Source: an uncultured bacterium | Lineage (GTDB): Bacteria > Verrucomicrobiota > Verrucomicrobiia > Limisphaerales > UBA11358 | DNA: 64,000 bases | Assembly (NCBI GenBank): GCA_963723125.1 | Contig: CAVRPQ010000004.1 | Span: forward strand, 3,908 to 67,907 | Direction: 5' to 3' | Shown: in pieces, positions 56,385-64,000 of the stretch | Numbering within the stretch: the stretch's first letter is position 1 | Layout: every line of letters begins with the position of its first letter | Notes under the pieces: model-generated | Database searches by the model: none | What the model was told of the DNA's origin: nothing | What the model saw: only the letters and a program-made list of their open reading frames with translations | Translations under genes and position numbers: made by a program

Positions 56385-58877
56385 ATGCCCGCCCCGGCAT
56401 GTGGCTTGCTGTCCCGGAGACGGATGAAATTCAAAGCGGCACTTCGCCGTTTGTCCGATTGGATAAAGGGACACGCGCGCGTCAAAGCGGAACCGGTCAC
56501 GGACGTGGACGGAGCTGGCGAGGTGCCCGCTTCCGGCCAAAATTCCAAATTCGCCAAGCTTTTCAGGCGCCTGGCCGAAACGGCAGCGCCGGCGGAAATC
56601 CGCCGGTCGATGGCGTTGTTGGTGACCCGCACGCACGAGTTGTTCGACTCCAGTTTCCGGGCTAAAGTGTTGTTGCCGGTGGTGGGCTGCATGGCGGTGG
56701 CGATGGCCATCACGTTTTTTGTCGTGGACCACCGGATCGCCAAACAATCGGAGCAGGAGGCGCGTGACACGCTGGCCACGGCCAACGCGGTCATCCGCTC
56801 CTCGCAGGATTTCCGGCGGAACGATCTGCTGTTACGCTTTCACAACCTGCCGAACCAGTCGCTCTGGCGGCAGGTTTTCATGTTCGGCGAGTCCAAGGAC
56901 CTGCACAACACATTGAGCGACCTCATGCAAATGCAGCGGGTGGACATCCTGTTTTACGCGTCCAACCGGGGTAAAATTCTTGATGTCGAGAAAAACGATC
57001 CGGGCATTCCGGTCCCGGAATTTGAAGCGGCGGCGGCGCCGGTGCTGCAACAGGCGTTGCGCGGAGATGAAAAAGCGGACACCGTCTGCGTGGGTGGAAA
57101 ACTCTACGATGTGGTCACCGTTCCCGCGTACAACCTGGACAACGAACAGATTGGCGTGCTGACGCTGGGGTCGGAACTTGGCGGCGCAGCGGCGCAGGAA
57201 TTCAGCAAACTCACGCAAAGCCAGATTGCCCTCGTGGCCAACGGGCGGGTCACCACTTCTACGCTGCCCGGACTGGACGCCAACGCGCAGTTTGCCGCCG
57301 CGTTCAAGGGGGCGATGCCCGCCAATGACAATGAAGACCCGACGGTGAACGTGAAACCCATCGTGCTGAACGGCGTGCATTATTATTGCATCGCCGGACG
57401 ATTTGCATCACTGGAGGCTGACAGCAACCTCGGTTATATCCTGTTGAGTTCGCGCGAGCAGTCGCTGGCCGCGATGGAGGCGACGCAGCACGTGCTGATG
57501 GGCATGAGTTTGCTCGCCATCTTGTTTTGCGTGGCGGCGGTGTGGTTTGTCATCAACCGGGTCACCGAACCGTTGCGCGAGCTGCGGCAGGGCGCGGAGG
57601 CGGTGGGACGCGGCGATTTCGACCGCCGCGTGCCGGTGCGCAGCCACGATGAGTGCGGGCAGCTGGCGATGGTATTCAACGGGATGACCGAAAACATCCA
57701 ACAATCGCGGTCGCAGTTGGAAAAGACCGTGGTGACGCTCAAGACCACGCAGGCGCAACTGGTCCAGAGCGAGAAGCTTTCGGCCATCGGCAAATTTGTC
57801 GCAGGCGTGGCGCATGAGTTGAACAACCCGCTGACGGCGGTGGTCGGTTTCTCGGAAATCCTTAAAAGGGGGACGGAAGACGAAAAAAACCGGCGGTACT
57901 CGGATACCATCCTCAAGGCCGCGTTGCGCTGCAAGCGGATCGTCCAGTCGCTGTTGAGTTTCGCGCGGCGGGAACAGCCCGAGCGCAAGCTGGTCTCCAT
58001 AAACACGCTCATCGAGATGGCTTTGGAAATCGTCGGCTACTCACTGCGCACCAGCAACATTGAGGTGGTCACCCAACTGGAACCCAAGCTGCCGTTGGTG
58101 CTGGTGGACACCAGCCAAATCCAGCAGGTGTTGCTCAACGTCATCAACAACGCACAAGAGGCCATCGAGGCGGGTGGGCAGCCGGGCCGGATCCAAATCG
58201 TCTCCGAAACCAGGACACCGAACGTCCGCATCACCATCCAGGACAACGGGCCGGGCATTCCGCGGGAACATTTGCGGCGCCTTTTTGATCCCTTCTTTAC
58301 CACGAAGGAGGTTGGCAAAGGCACCGGTCTGGGCTTGAGTTTGTGTTACGGTTACATCAAGGAACACGGCGGCACGATCACGCCCTCGAGCCAGTTGGGC
58401 AAGGGCGCAACGTTCACCATCGAGCTGCCCATCGCCGAAAAGGCCGAAGCGATTGCTGAAATCGCGGAGTTGCCGGAGGTGGAAAAACCGGATGCGCATG
58501 AGGGCCAGGGCAAACGGGTGCTGGTCATTGACGACGAGAAACCCATCCTGAACCTGCTCCACGACGACTTTGTGCTTCGTGGTTATGAAGTGGAACTGGC
58601 CGAGAACGGTAAAACCGCCCTGAACAAGCTCGAAAAAAATCATTTCGATCTGGCGTTTTGCGACTGGAAGATGCCCGGCCTGAACGGCCAACAGGTGTAC
58701 GAGCAATTGCGCCGGACCAACCCCCAATTCTGCCAGCGCATCATTTTCATCACCGGCGATGTTGTCAATGCCCAGATGCGGCAGTTCCTGGAAACGGAAA
58801 AACGCCCCTGCCTGGCCAAGCCTTTCACGCTCTCGGAACTCCATACTACCGTCGAAGCGGTCCTCAAGGCCGTGTAA
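56385..58877 (+). CDS. Hybrid sensor histidine kinase / response regulator (TM, HAMP, HisKA, HATPase_c, REC)
   Basis: GVAHELNNPL (H box), NNAQEA, DNGPGIP, GTGLGL, then VLVIDDE..DLAFCDWKMPGLNG..FITG..AKPF. Confidence 0.85.
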   Translation: MPAPACGLLSRRRMKFKAALRRLSDWIKGHARVKAEPVTDVDGAGEVPASGQNSKFAKLFRRLAETAAPAEIRRSMALLVTRTHELFDSSFRAKVLLPVVGCMAVAMAITFFVVDHRIAKQSEQEARDTLATANAVIRSSQDFRRNDLLLRFHNLPNQSLWRQVFMFGESKDLHNTLSDLMQMQRVDILFYASNRGKILDVEKNDPGIPVPEFEAAAAPVLQQALRGDEKADTVCVGGKLYDVVTVPAYNLDNEQIGVLTLGSELGGAAAQEFSKLTQSQIALVANGRVTTSTLPGLDANAQFAAAFKGAMPANDNEDPTVNVKPIVLNGVHYYCIAGRFASLEADSNLGYILLSSREQSLAAMEATQHVLMGMSLLAILFCVAAVWFVINRVTEPLRELRQGAEAVGRGDFDRRVPVRSHDECGQLAMVFNGMTENIQQSRSQLEKTVVTLKTTQAQLVQSEKLSAIGKFVAGVAHELNNPLTAVVGFSEILKRGTEDEKNRRYSDTILKAALRCKRIVQSLLSFARREQPERKLVSINTLIEMALEIVGYSLRTSNIEVVTQLEPKLPLVLVDTSQIQQVLLNVINNAQEAIEAGGQPGRIQIVSETRTPNVRITIQDNGPGIPREHLRRLFDPFFTTKEVGKGTGLGLSLCYGYIKEHGGTITPSSQLGKGATFTIELPIAEKAEAIAEIAELPEVEKPDAHEGQGKRVLVIDDEKPILNLLHDDFVLRGYEVELAENGKTALNKLEKNHFDLAFCDWKMPGLNGQQVYEQLRRTNPQFCQRIIFITGDVVNAQMRQFLETEKRPCLAKPFTLSELHTTVEAVLKAV

Positions 58878-59006
58878 TTGACGGACATGAGAAGCCAGAC
58901 GACGCACTGCGCAACCCTGCCACCTGTGACAAGCCGTCCACGGCATCATTGATTAATTTCCACTCTTGAAATTCGGCGCGCGGCGCGTAAATTCTCCGCC
59001 GTTTAA

Positions 59007-60182
59007 ATGAACTATAAAATTTCTCAACGCGCCGCGTCGCTGTCGCCATCGCTCACCCTCGCCATTGATGCCAAGGCCAAGGCCATGAAGGCCTCCGGCG
59101 ACGACGTCGTCGGCTTCGGCGCGGGCGAACCGGACTTCGACACACCGCAATTCATCAAAGACGCCGCCGCCAGGGCGCTGGCTGCCGGGTTTACCAAATA
59201 TACGCCCTCCAGCGGCATGCCGGAATTGCGTGAGGCCATCGCCGGCAAATTCAAGCGCGAAAACGGATTGACCTACAAGCCGTCGCAAATCATTGTTTCC
59301 TGCGGCGGCAAGCATTCGTGCTACAACGTCATCCTTGCCACCTGCCAGGAAGGCGACGAGGTGCTCATTCCCGCGCCGTATTGGTTGAGCTATCCGGAAA
59401 TGGTCAAGCTCGCCAGCGCCCAGCCAGTGATCCTGGAAACCTCGGACAAGACCGAATTCAAGATCACGCCGGAACAACTCCGCGCCGCCATCACGCCGCG
59501 CACGCGCCTGCTGATTCTGAACTCGCCGAGCAACCCGACCGGCAGCGTTTACACGCCCGACGAGGTCAAGGCCATCGGCGACATCTGCGTCGAGAAAGGC
59601 GTGCTCATCATGAGTGACGAAATTTATGAGCACCTGCTTTATGACGGCGCGAAGGTAAGGAGCGTCGCGAGTTTCTCACCGGCGCATCAGGAGCACACCA
59701 TCATCGTCCACGGCTTTGCCAAGGCGTGGAGCATGACCGGCTGGCGCTTGGGTTTTCTGGCCGCGCCGGAACCGATTGCGAAGGCGATTGACGCCGTGCA
59801 AAGCCACAGCACGAGCAACCCGACTTCATTCGCCCAAAAAGGCGCGCTGGCCGCCATCACCGGCCCGATGGACCATCTGAAAGGCTGGCTGGTGGAATTC
59901 GACAAGCGCCGCCGGTTTGCGCATCAGAAATTGAACAGCATTCCGGGCCTTTCCTGCGTGAATGCCAGGGGCGCGTTTTATCTGTTCCCGAACATTTCCA
60001 AGACCGGCCTCAAGAGCACCGACTTTTGCGCCAAGTTGCTGGAAGCGGAGAAAGTCGCTGCCGTGCCGGGCATCGCCTTTGGCGCAGACGACTATTTCCG
60101 TCTCAGTTACGCTACGAGTATGGCGAACCTTGAGAAAGGCCTGGAGCGAATTGAAAAGTTCTGTAAAAGCCTTGCGAAGTAA
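59007..60182 (+). CDS. Aspartate/aromatic aminotransferase (PLP-dependent, class I)
   Basis: VVGFGAGEPDFDTP, YTPSSGMPELREAIA, NSPSNPTG, HGFAKAWSMTGWRLG. Confidence 0.9.
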   Translation: MNYKISQRAASLSPSLTLAIDAKAKAMKASGDDVVGFGAGEPDFDTPQFIKDAAARALAAGFTKYTPSSGMPELREAIAGKFKRENGLTYKPSQIIVSCGGKHSCYNVILATCQEGDEVLIPAPYWLSYPEMVKLASAQPVILETSDKTEFKITPEQLRAAITPRTRLLILNSPSNPTGSVYTPDEVKAIGDICVEKGVLIMSDEIYEHLLYDGAKVRSVASFSPAHQEHTIIVHGFAKAWSMTGWRLGFLAAPEPIAKAIDAVQSHSTSNPTSFAQKGALAAITGPMDHLKGWLVEFDKRRRFAHQKLNSIPGLSCVNARGAFYLFPNISKTGLKSTDFCAKLLEAEKVAAVPGIAFGADDYFRLSYATSMANLEKGLERIEKFCKSLAK

Positions 60183-60476
60183 ATCCGGAGGGACGAACTT
60201 CCGCGAGTCCCCAATTTGATTAAAGGCTCCGCCGCCTGGTCCCGCCGAAATCAGATGAAGGCGGACCGAAGGACGGTGAGTGGAACCCATTTAATGCGAG
60301 TAGATTAAGAGAAATACATACCTACTAGCAGAAATTCTTCTTGTAAGATACCCCTCGGCAATGCTAATCTTCGCGTGAGCGGGTCACCAACAAGTACGCG
60401 GGCGCTCAAAAGTGTGCCGCAGGAGGTGTCCGCTTGAAGCTTTGACTTGGATGTGTCAACCCGAAGCACTTGAAAA

Positions 60477-63400
60477 ATGTCAACTGATCAGTCCTGGCAA
60501 ACGTCTCGAATAAAACGGCATCTCACCGTAAGTGTTCTGCTTCCCCTGCTTTGTCTGTCGGTTCTGCTGAAAGCTGGCTGGTGTTCCGCGGCCACGTCCA
60601 CTTGGAATGGCTCGGTTTCCAGCGATTGGTTCAATGCAACCAATTGGATTCCGGTCGGGGTGCCCGCATCAAGCAACACCATCAACTTTGCCAGTGGGAC
60701 GATCAACTTGACGAATACAGTTGCGATTAGCGGGGTGTTCAATTGGTCTGGAGGCACTTTGAGTGGCGATCCTCTGACCATCACCAATGGCGGGGTACTG
60801 AATATCACCGGGAGTGTCAGTCTGGAGAACGTGCTGACCAATGCCGGCACGGTGACGATGACCGGGAATAGCGCGGTGACCATGTATAACAACAACGGGA
60901 CATACAATGGCGGGGTTTATAATCTGGCGGGCGCGCTCTGGGACATCCAGACCAACGCCGCGATTAGCTGCTACTGCTTCGGCGACGAGTTCTTCAACAA
61001 TGCCGGCACCTTCCGCAAGTCCGGAGGTTCAGGCACCACCACGATTTCGGTGAGCTTCATCAACAGCGCCACGGTGACCAACCTCATGGGCACCATGAGT
61101 TTCGACGGAGGCGGCGCCCTGACGGGCACCTATGACACGGCGGCGGGTGCGACCATTGATTTTGCCGGTGGGAGTTTTACGATGGGAGTGCCGCCGGTGA
61201 TCAGCGGTTCAGGCATTTGCGAATTCACCGGAACGACGCTGACCTTGACGCAGAATTGGCCAACCAATCTGGTGCTGGCCAGTGGCAGCCTGATATTGGG
61301 ACCGGCGTTCCAGAATAGTGGCGGGATCACCAACCTGACGCTCAATGGGGTGACGCTGACCAGCACCAACACCGTGACCGGCACGTTAAACTGGGCCAGC
61401 GGGATCGTGTCCGGCCGCTTGACCATTGCGAGCGGGGGGGTGCTGAACATCACCGGGAGTGTCAGTCTGGAGAACGTGCTGACCAATGCCGGCACGGTGA
61501 CGATGACCGGGAATAGCGCGGTGACCATGTATAACAACAACGGGACATACAATGGCGGGGTTTATAATCTGGCGGGCGCGCTCTGGGACATCCAGACCAA
61601 CGCCGCGATTAGCTGCTACTGCTTCGGCGACGAGTTCTTCAACAATGCCGGCACCTTCCGCAAGTCCGGAGGTTCAGGCACCACCACGATTTCGGTGAGC
61701 TTCATCAACAGCGCCACGGTGACCAACCTCATGGGCACCATGAGTTTCGACGGAGGCGGCGCCCTGACGGGCACCTATGACACGGCGGCGGGTGCGACCA
61801 TTGATTTTGCCGGTGGGAGTTTTACGATGGGAGTGCCGCCGGTGATCAGCGGTTCAGGCATTTGCGAATTCACCGGAACGACGCTGACCTTGACGCAGAA
61901 TTGGCCAACCAATCTGGTGCTGGCCAGTGGCAGCCTGATATTGGGACCGGCGTTCCAGAATAGTGGCGGGATCACCAACCTGACGCTCAATGGGGTGACG
62001 CTGACCAGCACCAACACCGTGACCGGCACGTTAAACTGGGCCAGCGGGATCGTGTCCGGCCGCTTGACCATTGCGAGCGGGGGGGTGCTGAATATCACCG
62101 GGAGTGTCAGTCTGGAGAACGTGCTGACCAATGCCGGCACGGTGACGATGACCGGGAATAGCGCGGTGACCATGTATAACAACAACGGGACATACAATGG
62201 CGGGGTTTATAATCTGGCGGGCGCGCTCTGGGACATCCAGACCAACGCCGCGATTAGCTGCTACTGCTTCGGCGACGAGTTCTTCAACAATGCCGGCACC
62301 TTCCGCAAGTCCGGAGGTTCAGGCACCACCACGATTTCGGTGAGCTTCATCAACAGCGCCACGGTGACCAACCTCATGGGCACCATGAGTTTCGACGGAG
62401 GCGGCGCCCTGACGGGCACCTATGACACGGCGGCGGGTGCGACCATTGATTTTGCCGGTGGGAGTTTTACGATGGGAGTGCCGCCGGTGATCAGCGGTTC
62501 AGGCATTTGCGAATTCACCGGAACGACGCTGACCTTGACGCAGAATTGGCCAACCAATCTGGTGCTGGCCAGTGGCAGCCTGATATTGGGACCGGCGTTC
62601 CAGAATAGTGGCGGGATCACCAACCTGACGCTCAATGGGGTGACGCTGACCAGCACCAACACCGTGACCGGCACGTTAAACTGGGCCAGCGGGATCGTGT
62701 CCGGCCGCTTGACCATTGCGAGCGGGGGGGTGCTGAACATCACCGGGAGTGTCAGTCTGGAGAACGTGCTGACCAATGCCGGCACGGTGACGATGACCGG
62801 GAATAGCGCGGTGACCATGTATAACAACAACGGGACATACAATGGCGGGGTTTATAATCTGGCGGGCGCGCTCTGGGACATCCAGACCAACGCCGCGATT
62901 AGCTGCTACTGCTTCGGCGACGAGTTCTTCAACAATGCCGGCACCTTCCGCAAGTCCGGAGGTTCAGGCACCACCACGATTTCGGTGAGCTTCATCAACA
63001 GCGCCACGGTGACCAACCTCATGGGCACCATGAGTTTCGACGGAGGCGGCGCCCTGACGGGCACCTATGACACGGCGGCGGGTGCGACCATTGATTTTGC
63101 CGGTGGGAGTTTTACGATGGGAGTGCCGCCGGTGATCAGCGGTTCAGGCATTTGCGAATTCACCGGAACGACGCTGACCTTGACGCAGAATTGGCCAACC
63201 AATCTGGTGCTGGCCAGTGGCAGCCTGATATTGGGACCGGCGTTCCAGAATAGTGGCGGGATCACCAACCTGACGCTCAATGGGGTGACGCTGACCAGCA
63301 CCAACACCGTGACCGGCACGTTAAACTGGGCCAGCGGGATCGTGTCCGGCCGCTTGACCATTGCGAGCGGGGGGGTGCTGAACATCACCGGGAGTGTCAG

Positions 63401-64000
63401 TCTGGAGAACGTGCTGACCAATGCCGGCACGGTGACGATGACCGGGAATAGCGCGGTGACCATGTATAACAACAACGGGACATACAATGGCGGGGTTTAT
63501 AATCTGGCGGGCGCGCTCTGGGACATCCAGACCAACGCCGCGATTAGCTGCTACTGCTTCGGCGACGAGTTCTTCAACAATGCCGGCACCTTCCGCAAGT
63601 CCGGAGGTTCAGGCACCACCACGATTTCGGTGAGCTTCATCAACAGCGCCACAATTGATGCGCTGATGGGAACCCTCAGTTTCAGTGGGAGTTTCACCAC
63701 AACTGGCGGCACGCTGGGTTTTGGCGTGAGCGGATTGAGCAGCTTTGGGCAAATCCATGTCTCGGGCAGTGTGGCCCTCAACGGCACCGCCAGTGTCGCC
63801 TGGCTCGATGGATTTACGCCGGCCATCGGCAATTCGTTCGCCCTGCTTGACTACGGCTCGTACAGCGGAACCTTTGCGAACATAACCCTTCCCCCGGGAA
63901 GTCTTGGCGAGGGCATTTACGACGCCACGGCTTTCAGTGTGATGATTACAAACGTAACCGCGCAGACCAACCTGCCCGTCTTCCTGAACATCAAACTTTT
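60477..64000 (+). CDS. Giant secreted beta-strand-repeat (autotransporter-passenger-like / adhesin-like) protein, 5' part; runs off the right edge
   Basis: Absent from the ORF track because it has no stop in the window. My translation from the ATG at 60477: MSTDQSWQTSRIKRHLTVSVLLPLLCLSVLLKAGWCSAATSTWNGSVSSDWFNATNW.. then repeated ..GGVLNITGSVSLENVLTNAGTVTMTGNSAVTMYNNNGTYNGGVYNLAGALWDIQTN... The listed 140-aa minus-strand ORFs are antisense artefacts. Confidence 0.8.
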   Translation, partial: MSTDQSWQTSRIKRHLTVSVLLPLLCLSVLLKAGWCSAATSTWNGSVSSDWFNATNWIPVGVPASSNTINFASGTINLTNTVAISGVFNWSGGTLSGDPLTITNGGVLNITGSVSLENVLTNAGTVTMTGNSAVTMYNNNGTYNGGVYNLAGALWDIQTNAAISCYCFGDEFFNNAGTFRKSGGSGTTTISVSFINSATVTNLMGTMSFDGGGALTGTYDTAAGATIDFAGGSFTMGVPPVISGSGICEFTGTTLTLTQNWPTNLVLASGSLILGPAFQNSGGITNLTLNGVTLTSTNTVTGTLNWASGIVSGRLTIASGGVLNITGSVSLENVLTNAGTVTMTGNSAVTMYNNNGTYNGGVYNLAGALWDIQTNAAISCYCFGDEFFNNAGTFRKSGGSGTTTISVSFINSATVTNLMGTMSFDGGGALTGTYDTAAGATIDFAGGSFTMGVPPVISGSGICEFTGTTLTLTQNWPTNLVLASGSLILGPAFQNSGGITNLTLNGVTLTSTNTVTGTLNWASGIVSGRLTIASGGVLNITGSVSLENVLTNAGTVTMTGNSAVTMYNNNGTYNGGVYNLAGALWDIQTNAAISCYCFGDEFFNNAGTFRKSGGSGTTTISVSFINSATVTNLMGTMSFDGGGALTGTYDTAAGATIDFAGGSFTMGVPPVISGSGICEFTGTTLTLTQNWPTNLVLASGSLILGPAFQNSGGITNLTLNGVTLTSTNTVTGTLNWASGIVSGRLTIASGGVLNITGSVSLENVLTNAGTVTMTGNSAVTMYNNNGTYNGGVYNLAGALWDIQTNAAISCYCFGDEFFNNAGTFRKSGGSGTTTISVSFINSATVTNLMGTMSFDGGGALTGTYDTAAGATIDFAGGSFTMGVPPVISGSGICEFTGTTLTLTQNWPTNLVLASGSLILGPAFQNSGGITNLTLNGVTLTSTNTVTGTLNWASGIVSGRLTIASGGVLNITGSVSLENVLTNAGTVTMTGNSAVTMYNNNGTYNGGVYNLAGALWDIQTNAAISCYCFGDEFFNNAGTFRKSGGSGTTTISVSFINSATIDALMGTLSFSGSFTTTGGTLGFGVSGLSSFGQIHVSGSVALNGTASVAWLDGFTPAIGNSFALLDYGSYSGTFANITLPPGSLGEGIYDATAFSVMITNVTAQTNLPVFLNIKL
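60795..63650. repeat. Tandem repeat: ~4.4 copies of a 645-bp (215-codon) unit, near-identical
   Basis: Unit starts at 60795, 61440, 62085, 62730 and 63375 (exact 645-bp spacing). The only difference I saw is AATATC versus AACATC near the unit start. Identity is lost at ~63650. Confidence 0.95.

Noticed and set aside
60488-63832. Series of near-identical 139-140-aa minus-strand ORFs (MYVPLLLYMVTALFPVIVTVPALV..) plus a 93-aa ORF
   Set aside because: They are antisense to the long + strand surface-protein frame, which has a signal peptide and a coherent beta-strand repeat sequence. They recur every 645 bp only because of the tandem repeat.

Overview
GC-rich bacterial chromosomal window. Gene content (BlaR1-secretin fusion, beta-strand-repeat surface protein) suggests a PVC/Verrucomicrobiota-like host, but that is inference only.

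The left ~20 kb is a decaying accessory/defence island. It contains:
- a partial, frameshifted Mrr-nuclease/DEAH-helicase restriction-like gene;
- a PIN/AbrB toxin-antitoxin pair;
- a putative integrative mobilizable element, with a MOBF relaxase-helicase broken by three +1 frameshifts and a frameshifted tyrosine integrase;
- a relic R-M cassette: a 47-codon methyltransferase fragment, an intact FokI-like nuclease-domain protein and a DUF2971 protein;
- a Schlafen/AlbA_2-ATPase protein;
- an internally deleted MmeI-like methyltransferase remnant.

The most interesting part is a type V-B-like CRISPR-Cas locus. It has 22 x 36-bp repeats with 21 unique spacers, cas2 and an intact cas4-cas1 fusion. 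The effector gene is reduced to the C-terminal ~460 codons of a Cas12b-like protein: RuvC-II and RuvC-III are present, and RuvC-I plus the whole recognition lobe are absent. The locus is bracketed by inward-facing copies of an MGE-type HTH gene. One copy is a 42-codon fragment with an in-frame stop, fused directly to the cas12b truncation point.

The remaining ~44 kb is mostly housekeeping: rph, prmA, acnA, purE, glnS, pgsA, glgP, an aminotransferase, peroxiredoxins and two-component proteins. Within it are:
- a co-directional zinc-sparing (Zur-type) cluster: folE2, Cys-less DksA, C-minus L33, S18 and a Fur-family regulator;
- a RAYT transposase with ~100-bp inverted flanks;
- two ~160-bp nested-palindromic repeats flanking a blaI/blaR1-like operon;
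- heptanucleotide microsatellites, including inside glnS;
- a giant surface-protein gene with ~4.4 near-identical 645-bp tandem repeats that runs off the right edge.

No tRNA or rRNA genes were recognised. All homology calls are by-eye motif recognition; no database search was run.
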